Below are positions 14,550 through 25,140 of a stretch of DNA of 64,000 nucleotides, piece after piece. Every line of letters starts with the position of its first letter. Positions within the stretch are counted from its first letter, which is position 1. The stretch lies in NCBI GenBank assembly GCA_002428385.1, contig DIWB01000027.1, positions 3,349 through 67,348 of the forward strand, given 5' to 3'. The DNA comes from Bacteroidales bacterium UBA6117 (lineage in GTDB: Bacteria; Bacteroidota; Bacteroidia; Bacteroidales; VadinHA17). Below the pieces are notes generated by a model. It searched no databases and had not been told where the DNA came from. It saw nothing but the letters and a program-made list of their open reading frames with translations. A program made the position numbers and the translations under genes.

Positions 14550-17093
14550 ATGAAACGATTTCTACCCTCCTTTTTAATCATTGCATTTTTGGCAAGCTTT
14601 GCGTGCACGCTGGCGGAAGCACAGAATTCTCCCAGGTCGCGCGAGTCGTTCAACCAGGGCTGGAAATTCATCAAGTTCTTCAATGCATCAACAGATGCTG
14701 CCACTTTCGACAAAGAACCTGCCGGACTTCAGCTTCCGACTGCCGACGACAAAAGCTGGCGGACCCTTGATCTGCCTCACGACTGGGCAATAGAAGGCCC
14801 CTTCAGTGATACACTTGAGAATAACACAGGTCTTCTTCCCTGGAAAGGAATCGGATGGTACAGAAAGCACTTCACCCTCGACGAAACTGACAGGAACAAC
14901 CGGATCTACATCGACTTCGACGGAGCCATGGCTTATGCAGAAGTGTGGCTCAACGGGGAGCATGTCGGCGGATGGCCCTACGGATATTCATCTTTCAGGC
15001 TTGATCTGACTCCCTATGCAGCCTTCGGAAAGGAAAACGTAATAGCTGTAAGGCTCGACACAAAAAGCTGGGATTCAAGATGGTACCCAGGAGCAGGGCT
15101 TTACAGGAATGTCTGGCTGGTTAAGACCTCACAACTTCATGTTTCGTATAACGGACTCTATATTACAACACCAGAGATCAAAAAGGAAAACGGAGTTGTA
15201 AGTGTGAAAGCTGAAGTCGAGAGCCATATCGCCAAACCTGTATCGGCTGCAATTAAGGCTTCCGTGTATAAACTCGATAAACAAGGCAATGCAACAGCGG
15301 CTCCGCTGGCAGAATTCACTTCGCCGGCAGCCCGGCTCCCCGCCAACGGAGATCATACTTTCAGGGTTGACCTTAATGTAAAGGAGCCTTCGCTCTGGGA
15401 TATTGAGAACCCTGAGCTTTACAGGGTAGCAGTTTCTGTCCTCAATGGGAATGAGACTTCTGATATTTGTACAGGCAATTTTGGTTTCAGGACGCTTGAA
15501 TTCACTGCGCGCGACGGATTTTTTCTTAACGGCAAAAAAGTTCCTGTCAATGGTGTATGCAACCACCACGACCTTGGGGCTCTCGGCGCCGCTTTCAACA
15601 TAAGGGCTGCCGAACGTCAGCTCGAGATACTGAGGGAAATGGGATGCAATGCTGTCAGGACAAGCCATAATCCTCCAGCCCCCGAACTGCTAGATCTCTG
15701 CGACAGGATGGGATTCCTGGTCCAGGATGAAGCATTTGACGCCTGGAAGACACCCAAGAAACGCAACGACTACAACAAGCTCTTCTATGCCTGGCACGAA
15801 GAGGATCTGAGAGCAATGGTCCGCCGCGACCGCAACCATCCTTCGGTATTCATGTGGAGCACCGGAAATGAAGTCGGAGACCAGAATAACCCTGCACTGT
15901 CAGAAAGCCTCAGGCGGATCATCAAATCGGAAGATAACACCAGACCGGTGACTGTGGGATGCAACTGGGATGAATCAGGAACTAACGGATTTCAGAAAAC
16001 TGTTGACGCCTTTGGCATAAATTACCGGCTTTACAGGTACAATGCCTTCTTTGCCCTGAAAGACAATGATAACCTTCCCTTCCACTCCAGCGAATCAGCG
16101 TCGACGGTAAGCTCCAGGGGTGAGTATTTCTTCCCTGTGGTTGAAGGCGACCTGAACAATAACCTGCCGGGCAAAGGCATATTCCAGGTCTCTTCTTACG
16201 ATCTTTCCTATCCGGCATGGGCATCAACACCCGACCAGCAATGGGAGATGCAGGATAAACACCCCGGTGTATTCGGTGAGTTCGTATGGACAGGATTTGA
16301 CTATCTCGGAGAACCCACACCCTACGGAGGCGACCTGACAGGATTGAGGCCCGGAACGCGGAGATACGATCAGGCAAAGGCCCTTCTATATATGCAGAAC
16401 GTATCGGAAGTACCTTCACGCAGCAGTTATTTCGGGATAATTGACATTGCAGGATTCAAGAAGGACCGCTTTTACCTGTACCAGTCAAAATGGAGGCCCG
16501 AACTTCCGATGGCTCACATACTTCCCCACTGGAACTGGCCGGAGAGAAGAGGTCAGGTTACCCCGGTTCATGTATATACATCGGGTGATGAGGCTGAATT
16601 ATTTCTTAACGGCAAATCACTCGGAAAGAAGAAAAAAGGCCAGTTTGAATACAGGCTCAGGTGGGATGATGTTGTCTACCAGCCGGGAGAATTGAAAGTT
16701 GTCGCATACAAAAACGGGGAACTTTGGGCCGAGGAAAAAGTTGTAACAACAGGCAAAGCATCAAAGCTTTCAGCTTTAGCTGATCGTCCTGCAATTACTG
16801 CCGACGGAACCGACCTGGTATTTATAACTGTAAGGATTGAAGATAAGGACGGCGCTTTGGTGCCTCGCAGCAGCAACCTTGTGAATTTCAGTATCCAGGG
16901 CCCGGGAAAGATAGTTGCGGTAGACAATGGCGATGCCACCAGCCACGATCCGTTCCAGGCCTCCCAAAGGAAAGCCTACAACGGGCTTTGCCTGGTGATA
17001 GTAAAAGCCGATAAGGGTGCCACGGGTTCATTTACGGTGAAAGCCGATTCAAAGGGACTGAAAAGCGCCGTCGTTACTGTAGGTATTAAATAG
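14550..17093 (+). CDS. GH2 glycoside hydrolase (beta-galactosidase/beta-glucuronidase-like, 847 aa), exported
   Basis: Signal peptide. Acid/base motif WSTGNEVGD and nucleophile region FHSSESAST. C-terminal Ig-like tail typical of GH2 enzymes of about 850 aa. Confidence 0.9.
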   Translation: MKRFLPSFLIIAFLASFACTLAEAQNSPRSRESFNQGWKFIKFFNASTDAATFDKEPAGLQLPTADDKSWRTLDLPHDWAIEGPFSDTLENNTGLLPWKGIGWYRKHFTLDETDRNNRIYIDFDGAMAYAEVWLNGEHVGGWPYGYSSFRLDLTPYAAFGKENVIAVRLDTKSWDSRWYPGAGLYRNVWLVKTSQLHVSYNGLYITTPEIKKENGVVSVKAEVESHIAKPVSAAIKASVYKLDKQGNATAAPLAEFTSPAARLPANGDHTFRVDLNVKEPSLWDIENPELYRVAVSVLNGNETSDICTGNFGFRTLEFTARDGFFLNGKKVPVNGVCNHHDLGALGAAFNIRAAERQLEILREMGCNAVRTSHNPPAPELLDLCDRMGFLVQDEAFDAWKTPKKRNDYNKLFYAWHEEDLRAMVRRDRNHPSVFMWSTGNEVGDQNNPALSESLRRIIKSEDNTRPVTVGCNWDESGTNGFQKTVDAFGINYRLYRYNAFFALKDNDNLPFHSSESASTVSSRGEYFFPVVEGDLNNNLPGKGIFQVSSYDLSYPAWASTPDQQWEMQDKHPGVFGEFVWTGFDYLGEPTPYGGDLTGLRPGTRRYDQAKALLYMQNVSEVPSRSSYFGIIDIAGFKKDRFYLYQSKWRPELPMAHILPHWNWPERRGQVTPVHVYTSGDEAELFLNGKSLGKKKKGQFEYRLRWDDVVYQPGELKVVAYKNGELWAEEKVVTTGKASKLSALADRPAITADGTDLVFITVRIEDKDGALVPRSSNLVNFSIQGPGKIVAVDNGDATSHDPFQASQRKAYNGLCLVIVKADKGATGSFTVKADSKGLKSAVVTVGIK

Positions 17094-17114
17094 CCGGATC
17101 GGGGATCCCGGAAG

Positions 17115-18071
17115 CTAAAATCTGGCATCAGCCGGTATCATGTTCCGCTTTTTTACATCCTCAAATGCCTGGTCGGATGAATACCTGAACTTGTAATTGA
17201 ACCTCTCAATGATCTTCTTCGGATCAATCACGATCGGGTAAATACTTGCGTTCACACCGGCCGGTTCGAGATTCAAAAGTTTCAGGGGCCACAGTATGGA
17301 GATTACCAGTCTGACAAGGTCCAGGGGTATCCAGATGAATTTCTTACCCGGCACAAGGTCTTTGATCGTAGAATAACTGTCAGGCGCCAGATTATAAATC
17401 CCTGCAATTTCATCATCCCTGAGAATCAGGCGGATCAGTTCAGTAAGGTCGTCGGTATGAATGAACTGGACCCTGTTGTTTTTTGTGAAAGATGGCAGCC
17501 AGCCTATTTTCAGCAGCATCGACACTATGGTTGCAGGCTTGTTGTAGGTAGGACCTATGACGGTGCATATCCGGCATAGCACCCTTTGAAGATCTGCCCT
17601 GACCGGGGAATTCATGAGTAATTCCTCAATATGTTTCTTGTTCAGGCCATATACATATTTCCCCGGCCGGACGGGATCGGTCTCGCCGATCCATTCAGGA
17701 TTATCCCTGTGAGCGCCGTAAATAGTTGCGGAGCTTGAAAATATAAGCTGTTTCACTGAAGTGGTCCTGTTGCATATATCCAGGATATTCTCCGACCCGC
17801 CCACATCAATCTGATACTCCAGCTGCCTGTCGCGGATCTTGTGAAATGTGCTTGCAAGGTGAACAACGTGTGTCGGACGCTCATCCTCAAAAATTCTCTC
17901 AAGCTTTTCTTTCTCTGTTATGCTGCAGTTGTAGAATTTATAATATCCTTTCCCTGAAGCACCCGGCAAGTCCCTCAGATCGAGAGCAACAACAGGAATA
18001 TTTTTCTCCGCCAGGTGTGAGGCGACTGCGCTTCCGATAGATCCTGAGGATCCTGTGATGAGAACTTTCAT
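17115..18071 (-). CDS. NAD-dependent epimerase/dehydratase (extended SDR)
   Basis: N-terminal Rossmann motif MKVLITGSSGSIGSAV and a YxxxK region (YGLNKKHIE). Confidence 0.85.
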   Translation of the reverse strand: MKVLITGSSGSIGSAVASHLAEKNIPVVALDLRDLPGASGKGYYKFYNCSITEKEKLERIFEDERPTHVVHLASTFHKIRDRQLEYQIDVGGSENILDICNRTTSVKQLIFSSSATIYGAHRDNPEWIGETDPVRPGKYVYGLNKKHIEELLMNSPVRADLQRVLCRICTVIGPTYNKPATIVSMLLKIGWLPSFTKNNRVQFIHTDDLTELIRLILRDDEIAGIYNLAPDSYSTIKDLVPGKKFIWIPLDLVRLVISILWPLKLLNLEPAGVNASIYPIVIDPKKIIERFNYKFRYSSDQAFEDVKKRNMIPADARF

Positions 18072-18271
18072 TATGATTATTGTAATATACTGGCTTATAG
18101 GTAAAAAGATACAAAAGTAAAAAATAAAGGTTCAATTTTTATTTTTTGCTCAGGTTTTTTCAGGGTACGCCGCAAAATAATCTTAAGATTCTGCATCTAC
18201 CGGAAATATTTACCGTCTTTTTTGATAATATAGTTTTTTAGGGATTAAGGAGACAAACCGTAGAATTAGCA

Positions 18272-18279
18272 TAAATTTG
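18272..18279 (+). promoter_or_regulatory. candidate -7 box (TAAATTTG) for tldD
   Basis: Exact TAnnTTTG match, 25 nt upstream of the ATG at 18305. Confidence 0.3.
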
Positions 18280-18304
18280 ATGTTACAATAAAACTCTATT
18301 CACT

Positions 18305-19819
18305 ATGCAATTAAAACGCCGTGACTTTATCAAGATCAGCGGGATCACTACGGCAGGTTCTCTTGTCATACCGCCTTTTTTAAATTCGTGCAAGGCGGTA
18401 AAGCTTTCAGCGGATGCTGAAAGCTATCTCAGTCATTTTGAGGTGACCAGGGCAACACTGCAAAAAGTAATTTCCGCGGCAATGGAAAAAGGAGCAGACT
18501 ATGCTGACCTCTTTTTTGAACATACGCTAAGCAATACCTGCGCACTTGAAGACAACAAGGTAAACAGCGCCTATTCAAACATATCTTCGGGTGTCGGCAT
18601 CAGGGTGCTTAAAGGCGACCAGACAGGTTATGCATATTCGGAAGACCTCACTGAAGAAGCCATGCTTAAAGCGGCAAGAACCGCATCAAACATTGCCGAA
18701 AGTCCCGGTAAATTTTCGGTTGCCAATATCACAGAATACGTCAAGCCGAACTATTATGCAATCAGGGGTTCATGGGAGGACACTTCAATAAAAGACAAGA
18801 TCCCCTACATGCAGAGAATGAATGACAACATCTTTGCTGCTGACAACCGGGTAACAATGGTAAATGTCTATCTCAACGACAACAGCTCCTACATCCTTTT
18901 CCATAATTCTGACGGACTGCTGGCATGGGACTACAGACCGATAATCGTGATCGCAGGGGTCTGCATAATGGAAGATAAAGGGAGCACCGAGAATTTCTAC
19001 GTAACCCGTTCTTACAGGATGGGTCCGGACTTCCTTACCAATGAGCTGATTGATGAACTATCAACCGAAGTAGTCGACAGAACATCCAGACTTTTCAGCG
19101 CGGTCAGGCCGGAGCCTGGCGAAATGGAGATCGTGATGGGAGCAGGTCAGTCGGGCATACTTCTTCATGAGGCCATGGGACATGCCTTCGAGGCCGATTT
19201 CAACCGGAAGAACCTTTCTATCTTCTGTGATAAGATGGGACAAAAGATTGCAGAAGATTTTGTTACTATCATCGATGACGGCACTATTCCGATGAACCGG
19301 GGCAGCCTGAATTTTGATGATGAGGGTAATCCCACAGAGAAGACTTTCCTGGTCAGCAATGGTAAGCTGACAAGCTATCTTCACGACAGGATCAGCTCTG
19401 ATTTCTATAAAGTGCCTTCAACGGGCAATGGAAGGAGGCAAAGTTTCCGGCATATCCCGATGCCCAGAATGAGAAGCACATACATGGAGAACGGACCTCA
19501 TAAGAAAGATGAGATAATTGCCAGTGTGAAAAAAGGAATATATGTCGATTATTTCAGCAATGGTGAAGTGAACATCGGTCAGGGTGATTTCACTTTCTTT
19601 GTGAAATTCGGTTATCTGATCGAGAACGGCAAACTGACAAAGCCGGTCAAGGATATTAATATAATTGGTAACGGTCCTCAGGCGCTTGCTGATATTGTTA
19701 TGGTTGCCGATGACAAAGCCATTGACAACGGAGGAGGTATGTGCGGGAAGAACGGTCAGTCGGTTCCGGTAACAATGGGTATGCCTACTGTGAAGATCAG
19801 GAAGCTGACTGTGGGTTAG
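18305..19819 (+). CDS. tldD: TldD-family metalloprotease with a twin-arginine signal
   Basis: MQLKRRDFIKISGITTAGS is a Tat motif. HEAMGHAFEAD is the TldD HExxxH site. C-terminal GMCGKNGQSVPV is present. Confidence 0.9.
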   Translation: MQLKRRDFIKISGITTAGSLVIPPFLNSCKAVKLSADAESYLSHFEVTRATLQKVISAAMEKGADYADLFFEHTLSNTCALEDNKVNSAYSNISSGVGIRVLKGDQTGYAYSEDLTEEAMLKAARTASNIAESPGKFSVANITEYVKPNYYAIRGSWEDTSIKDKIPYMQRMNDNIFAADNRVTMVNVYLNDNSSYILFHNSDGLLAWDYRPIIVIAGVCIMEDKGSTENFYVTRSYRMGPDFLTNELIDELSTEVVDRTSRLFSAVRPEPGEMEIVMGAGQSGILLHEAMGHAFEADFNRKNLSIFCDKMGQKIAEDFVTIIDDGTIPMNRGSLNFDDEGNPTEKTFLVSNGKLTSYLHDRISSDFYKVPSTGNGRRQSFRHIPMPRMRSTYMENGPHKKDEIIASVKKGIYVDYFSNGEVNIGQGDFTFFVKFGYLIENGKLTKPVKDINIIGNGPQALADIVMVADDKAIDNGGGMCGKNGQSVPVTMGMPTVKIRKLTVG

Positions 19820-19848
19820 AATAATCTCATTTAACAGAAAAAAATATC

Positions 19849-21168
19849 ATGATGAATACAAATGAAAAATATGCTCTGGCCGATACCGTCATTGAACATG
19901 CATTGAAAAGCGGAGCTGAACAGGTGTCAGTTTCGGTTTTTGACAACCGGAGCACTGAAATTGAGATCAGGGACCAAAAAATTGACAGCCTGAAGGAATC
20001 CAACAGGGCTAACCTTTCCATCGACATTTACGTTGATAAGAAATACTCATCTCATTCAACCAACAGGATGAACAGGGAAGAACTGTTCAGGTTTGTTGAG
20101 GAAGCGATTGCATCTACGCGCTTTCTTGCGGCTGACGAATTCAGATCCCTTCCCGGGCCTGAACTTTACTACAGGGAAGGCGGTCCATCCCTTGGCATCT
20201 TTGACAGGAGCATCGATTCGGTTGATGCAAAGACAAAGATCGATCTTGCAAAGAAAGTGATGGATGAAGTATACGGAAAGGATGAAAGGATCCTGTCGGT
20301 CAGCTCTTACTATTATGACAGTCTATCAAGCGGAATAATGGTAACAAGCAATGGTTTCAGAGGCAGCTCGGAAAAGACCGGAGTGCAGCTCGGAGCGGAG
20401 GTCTCGGTGAAAAGTAACACCGGCCGTCCTAATGCCTACTGGTTTGAAAGCCAGTTGTTCTTCGACAAGCTCAGGAAAGAGGGAATTGGTACAAAGGCCC
20501 TCGACAGGGCTCTTAAGAAATCAGATCCTGAAAAGGTTAATTCAGGACTATATAGCGTAATCGTTGAAAACAGGGTTGCAGCCAACCTGCTCTCTCCCTT
20601 GTATGAATCACTTCTGGGATCGAGTCTTTACCAGAAACAATCGTTCCTCATTGGTAAACAGGGCAAACCGGTGGCATCCGGAGTACTTACAGCCATTGAT
20701 GACCCGCATATCCCTTCGGGACAGGGGTCCAGACTTTTCGATGATGAAGGTCTTAACGCAGTAAGGCGTCCCATTATAGAAAAAGGGGTGCTGAAAGATT
20801 ATTACATTGACACATACTACGGGAAGAAACTGGGGATGAAACCCACTTCGGGAAGCAGTTCCAATGTGGTTTTCGAAACGGGAACCAGGAATCTCGATGA
20901 ACTCCTTGCATCGATGAAAAAGGGAGTGCTGATAACCGGTTTCATCGGGGGCAACTGCAATGGCTCGACAGGTGACTTCTCCTATGGTATCGAGGGATTC
21001 TACATTGAAGACGGTAAGATTGTACATCCCGTCAACGAAATGAACATTGCCGGCAACATGAACACTTTCTGGTTCAACCTTAAGGAGTTGGGTAATGATG
21101 TCAGGGAAGATGATTCAATCAGGATCCCTTCGTTGCTCTTTGAAGGGGTCCAGTTAAGCGGGATCTGA
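19849..21168 (+). CDS. pmbA: PmbA/TldE-family protein (TldD partner)
   Basis: 439 aa, 29 nt downstream of tldD. PmbA_TldD fold signatures are present (GxxxNxxTGDFSxG) and there is no HExxxH motif. Confidence 0.85.
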   Translation: MMNTNEKYALADTVIEHALKSGAEQVSVSVFDNRSTEIEIRDQKIDSLKESNRANLSIDIYVDKKYSSHSTNRMNREELFRFVEEAIASTRFLAADEFRSLPGPELYYREGGPSLGIFDRSIDSVDAKTKIDLAKKVMDEVYGKDERILSVSSYYYDSLSSGIMVTSNGFRGSSEKTGVQLGAEVSVKSNTGRPNAYWFESQLFFDKLRKEGIGTKALDRALKKSDPEKVNSGLYSVIVENRVAANLLSPLYESLLGSSLYQKQSFLIGKQGKPVASGVLTAIDDPHIPSGQGSRLFDDEGLNAVRRPIIEKGVLKDYYIDTYYGKKLGMKPTSGSSSNVVFETGTRNLDELLASMKKGVLITGFIGGNCNGSTGDFSYGIEGFYIEDGKIVHPVNEMNIAGNMNTFWFNLKELGNDVREDDSIRIPSLLFEGVQLSGI

Positions 21169-21215
21169 CAGGATAAGCGGCAACCAGTATTAGTTTCATA
21201 GCATTGGTAATCTGA

Positions 21216-21467
21216 TCAGGCAAAGAGCAGGATCAGGAGCTGTGCCATGAATATTCTCAGGAACATCACCAGGGGATAGACTGTGGCATATGCCACTGAT
21301 GGAGTTTCTGATTGGGCAATTCCATTTGCGAAGGCAAGGGCGGGAGGATCGGTCATGCTTCCCGAGAGAAGGCCGCAGATCTCGAAATAATTGCGCTTCA
21401 GTGATATCCGTGCAACAAATCCGGTAAGAAGCAGCGGCAAGAGGGTTATCAGAGCGCCAAACCCCAT
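21216..21467 (-). pseudogene. C-terminal stump of a YidE/YbjL (AAE-family) transporter
   Basis: The 83 aa end in [18 protein letters not shown]...[25 protein letters not shown], the recognisable C-terminus of YidE/YbjL transporters of about 550 aa. The upstream gene stop lies only 9 nt away, so the rest of the gene is absent. Confidence 0.7.
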
Positions 21468-21475
21468 CCATAAAA

Positions 21476-22765
21476 CTATTTCTCTATCCTGTAAAGGAAC
21501 TTTTCAGTCCTGACAACAACTGATTTCCCCAGAAAGGCCGGTGTACCCCAGATTCCCGAATCCATCTGAATGCGCGATACAATATCAGGTTTACGGCCCG
21601 TGCGTATGGCAGTCACTTCTCCCTTAACCGAAAAGAACCAGACAAGGTCCTCTGCAATGACCGGTGAGGCATTATGATCGGACCTGAGTCTTTCCGACCA
21701 TATTTCCTTTCCTGTCTCAGCATCAATGCACATAAGGTAATTCCTCGTATTGACCGTATAGATCAGGCCGTCCTTTACCACGGGGCTTAGCATTTGAGTA
21801 TGCGCCTGGTCATCACGCTTTTTCCAGAGTATGTTGGTTGAAGTGATATCGCCTTTCCCGTCGGGATTTACAGCAAACATTTCAGTATAGGTGCCGCCGT
21901 CAGGACTGTTTTCGGAACCCGCGTAAAAAAAGACCTTCCCGTTCCACGCCACAGGCATCGGAACAGTCGACTCGGCCCCTCCCACCACTCTCCAGACCTC
22001 TTTCCCCGTAAGCGGCTCATAAGCGCAGCACACCGCCGATCCGTTTGATATAAGGAGATCCTTTCCCTTAACATTCATGATCAAAGGAGTTACATAAGCC
22101 TTTTTTCCTATATTGGCAAGCGCCTTATAGGGTTCCTCAGGCCTGTCTGTACGCCACACCTGTTTTCCTGTGGCCTTGTCAAGCGCCACAATAAACCTTA
22201 CATCAGTGCCCTCGTAGTGCAGGATAAGCAGATTCCCGTAGATCACAGGCGATGAGCCCGGTCCCTGTACATGATTGCATTTCAGGTCGGTCCGCTTCCA
22301 CGCCACCGAGCCGTCGCCTGTTCTGAGGCAGGCTGTGCCAAGGCTTCCGAAATGAACATATACGAATCCGTTTTCTATGCATGGGGTTGGACTGGCATAT
22401 GTATTGATCCCGTGCTTGCTTATGCGGTCATCAACATCAAACACCTTTACGTCATGAATTACTTTTCCTGTCCTGAAATCGACGCAAACCGCGTAGAGTT
22501 CAGTGCCGTCGGAAGTGGCAGTGGTAACCCACACCTGGTTTCCATAGACAACCGGTGAAGAATGTCCGTTTCCATGTAAGGCGGTCTTCCATTTGGTATT
22601 GCTTTCATTCCATTCAAGCGGAATATTGACGGCCGATGAAATACCATTCAGGTTGTTACCCCTGAAATGAGTCCAGCTGAGGTTTTGCGAGCAGGCAATT
22701 CCAGGTGTCAGCGAGGTGAGCATAAGAACCACCGTCAGTTTGTGAATTAATCTATCGTTCATCAT
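21476..22765 (-). CDS. exported PQQ-like/BamB-like beta-propeller repeat protein
   Basis: Signal peptide. Repeated hydrophobic-G-x-V-Y/W-x-T/S blades (e.g. [36 protein letters not shown]). Confidence 0.8.
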   Translation of the reverse strand: MMNDRLIHKLTVVLMLTSLTPGIACSQNLSWTHFRGNNLNGISSAVNIPLEWNESNTKWKTALHGNGHSSPVVYGNQVWVTTATSDGTELYAVCVDFRTGKVIHDVKVFDVDDRISKHGINTYASPTPCIENGFVYVHFGSLGTACLRTGDGSVAWKRTDLKCNHVQGPGSSPVIYGNLLILHYEGTDVRFIVALDKATGKQVWRTDRPEEPYKALANIGKKAYVTPLIMNVKGKDLLISNGSAVCCAYEPLTGKEVWRVVGGAESTVPMPVAWNGKVFFYAGSENSPDGGTYTEMFAVNPDGKGDITSTNILWKKRDDQAHTQMLSPVVKDGLIYTVNTRNYLMCIDAETGKEIWSERLRSDHNASPVIAEDLVWFFSVKGEVTAIRTGRKPDIVSRIQMDSGIWGTPAFLGKSVVVRTEKFLYRIEK

Positions 22766-22795
22766 AATAGAATTTTGATTTTAACGGTATGATGG

Positions 22796-22847
22796 AACCC
22801 ACATGATTGAAAATTATATGTATTTGTTTATTTAATTCATGTGGGTT
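22796..22847 (-). terminator. 11-bp perfect inverted repeat (AACCCACATGA / TCATGTGGGTT) with a 30-nt AT-rich loop
   Basis: Direct reading. One arm lies in the last codons of the PBP1A gene and the other in the spacer before the propeller gene. No U-tract follows. Confidence 0.3.
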
Positions 22848-25087
22848 TCATATTTTCTTTTCTTTAGAATTTTTCTCAGTATACTGTTAACCCTTCGCTG
22901 AACCCTGCGCTCGGGGGTGTCGTATTCCTTTTCATCCTTTTCAAAGATATCAATTATGATGTCAAAAAAACTATCTTCTCTGAAATCAGGGCAATCGAGG
23001 GCGCCGGCAAGTTCAGGAGGAAGCCCGGGAAAAGGTTTGATAAGGCTTTGGCTCAGAGTCCGGTTCTGCTTCATTTTCTTCAGGGTGAGAGCCACGAGCG
23101 GCAGGGCCAGGGCGCTTCCGGATCCATTCGATCCGCTGTTGAAGTGAATAGATCTTGTTGATGCCCCGGCCCTCGAAACAATAACCAGTCCGGGATTAAA
23201 AGCTGCAAACCAGGCATCCGAATAATCCTGGGATGTCCCGGTTTTGCCGGCAAGCGGGAAATCAACACCATAAACGCCGTTCATCGAGACGCCAGTTCCC
23301 TCCCTGACAGCCTTCTGCAGCATGGCTGACATAAGATTGCTGGTCCTGTCGGTCATAATCCTGATTTTTTCTTCGGTTGTCACCCTTGAATAGATGAGCT
23401 TCCCGGATGAAGTCGAGATCGAGCTGATGCACCATGGCCCAATCCTGTATCCTCCGTTTACAAAAGATGAATAGGCAACGGCAACCTCCCTGATGTTTGC
23501 CTCAGCAGTTCCAAGTGCAAGCGAAGGGGTGTTGTCGAGCTCGAATGAAAAGCGCATCTTTCGCCACATCGCATTGACCTTTTCAAATCCCAGCTCCAGG
23601 TAGAGGCTGAAAGTGGGAACGTTCATTGAATGGACCAGAGCGCCTGACAGGGAGTATTTTCCGCCGTATGAATGGTCAAAATTTTCGGGGCTCCAGTCAT
23701 CGAAGCCCGAAAGGGTTATTGAATCATTGTCGAGGTAGCGGCATGGCTCGAATCCATCTTCCAGGGCCGCGGCATAAAGAACCGGCTTGAACACTGATGC
23801 CAGCTGACGCCTTGCAAGGATCTGGTCGTAGGGCTGAGTCTTGAAATCGAGCCCCCCAACCCAGGCTTTAATGCCTCCCGACTGCGGGTCCATTGCCATA
23901 AGTCCGGCATGCAGGAGAAGAAGCGATCGCTTCAGACTGTCCGACACTGAAAGCGAATCGGTATAGGCGCTGTCCCAGTCAAAGATCTCCTGAACCCTCA
24001 TCTCAGATGCCCTGTCTTCCAGGCCCAGCCTCTTGAGTTCACTTGCAGCAACCTGCTCGAGTGCCCGGCGGCCCGACGAAGTCCTGTATTGTGAGTTCAG
24101 CCTCTTTTGCATAACCTGCAGGTGCTCTCTGAATGAGCGTACTGCATAATCCTGAAGGGAATAATTCAGTGTTGTTGCTATTACAAGGCCATCTCTTTCC
24201 AGATCCCATTCGCTGCCATCGGGAGAGTTGTAGCCCCTCAGGACTTCTTCGGCCTCTTTTCGCACCTGAACCAGGAAATAATCGGCAATACCTTCCGACC
24301 GTGTTTTACGGCTGTAATCTATAACCATCGGCAGCAGTGAAAGAGAATCTGCAGTTTTTGAGTCAAGAAACTTGTATTTCTTCATCTGACCCAGTACCAC
24401 ATTCCTTCTTGTCTTTGCATTTTCAGGATTACGGCGGGGATTATAGTAAGTATTGGCCTTAAGCATGCCAACCAGCACTGCCGATTCTTCAACGGCGAGG
24501 TCGACTGTTGATTTATTAAAGAATCTTACCGAGGCTGCTTCGATTCCGAAGACGTTTTCCCCAAAGGCAACTGTATTCAGATACAGTGTAAGAATATCAT
24601 TCTTGCTGTATACCTTTTCTATTCGGCGGGCCATTATAAGCTCGCTGATCTTATTGGTGACCATGGGCATAAATCCCCTGGTTGCGCGGCCAAACATATT
24701 TTTAGCCAGTTGCTGTGTTATAGTGCTCCCTCCTCCGGAACCGCGGTCGTTCATCAGGATCGACTTAAAGAGCACCCTCAGAAAGCTTCTTGCATCGGTC
24801 CCATGATGATCGTAGAATCTGACATCTTCTGTTGCAATCAGAGCGTCAACAAGGTGACCCGGCAGCTGATCAAATGTGATGTTTGTACGGTTTTCATAGA
24901 AATATTTCCCGAGAAGCTGACCGTCTTCAGAAATAACGACGGAGGCATTGGCATTTTTGAAGTTAAGAAGTTCGTGTTTGCTTTTAATACGGTCCGACAT
25001 TCCGGCACAGGCAACGGCAACCACTGCCAAAGTAAGCAGAAAGGCAGCCAGGATGATTCTGGATGTGGTTTTCCTGATTTTAAGCAT
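22832..25087 (-). CDS. class A penicillin-binding protein (PBP1A-type transglycosylase/transpeptidase)
   Basis: GT51 motifs EDVRFYDHHG and GGSTITQQ. Transpeptidase motifs SVFK, SMN and KTGT. Confidence 0.9.
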   Translation of the reverse strand: MLKIRKTTSRIILAAFLLTLAVVAVACAGMSDRIKSKHELLNFKNANASVVISEDGQLLGKYFYENRTNITFDQLPGHLVDALIATEDVRFYDHHGTDARSFLRVLFKSILMNDRGSGGGSTITQQLAKNMFGRATRGFMPMVTNKISELIMARRIEKVYSKNDILTLYLNTVAFGENVFGIEAASVRFFNKSTVDLAVEESAVLVGMLKANTYYNPRRNPENAKTRRNVVLGQMKKYKFLDSKTADSLSLLPMVIDYSRKTRSEGIADYFLVQVRKEAEEVLRGYNSPDGSEWDLERDGLVIATTLNYSLQDYAVRSFREHLQVMQKRLNSQYRTSSGRRALEQVAASELKRLGLEDRASEMRVQEIFDWDSAYTDSLSVSDSLKRSLLLLHAGLMAMDPQSGGIKAWVGGLDFKTQPYDQILARRQLASVFKPVLYAAALEDGFEPCRYLDNDSITLSGFDDWSPENFDHSYGGKYSLSGALVHSMNVPTFSLYLELGFEKVNAMWRKMRFSFELDNTPSLALGTAEANIREVAVAYSSFVNGGYRIGPWCISSISTSSGKLIYSRVTTEEKIRIMTDRTSNLMSAMLQKAVREGTGVSMNGVYGVDFPLAGKTGTSQDYSDAWFAAFNPGLVIVSRAGASTRSIHFNSGSNGSGSALALPLVALTLKKMKQNRTLSQSLIKPFPGLPPELAGALDCPDFREDSFFDIIIDIFEKDEKEYDTPERRVQRRVNSILRKILKKRKYETHMN

Positions 25088-25140
25088 AAATGAACCTATT
25101 CTTTTATCATCAGCAATGGGTTTTTTCTCCTTAGAAGTAA

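Noticed and set aside
21196-21471. 91-aa ORF in an alternative frame over the YidE/YbjL stump
   Set aside because: The other frame (21216-21467) reproduces a recognisable transporter C-terminus. This frame has no similarity features.
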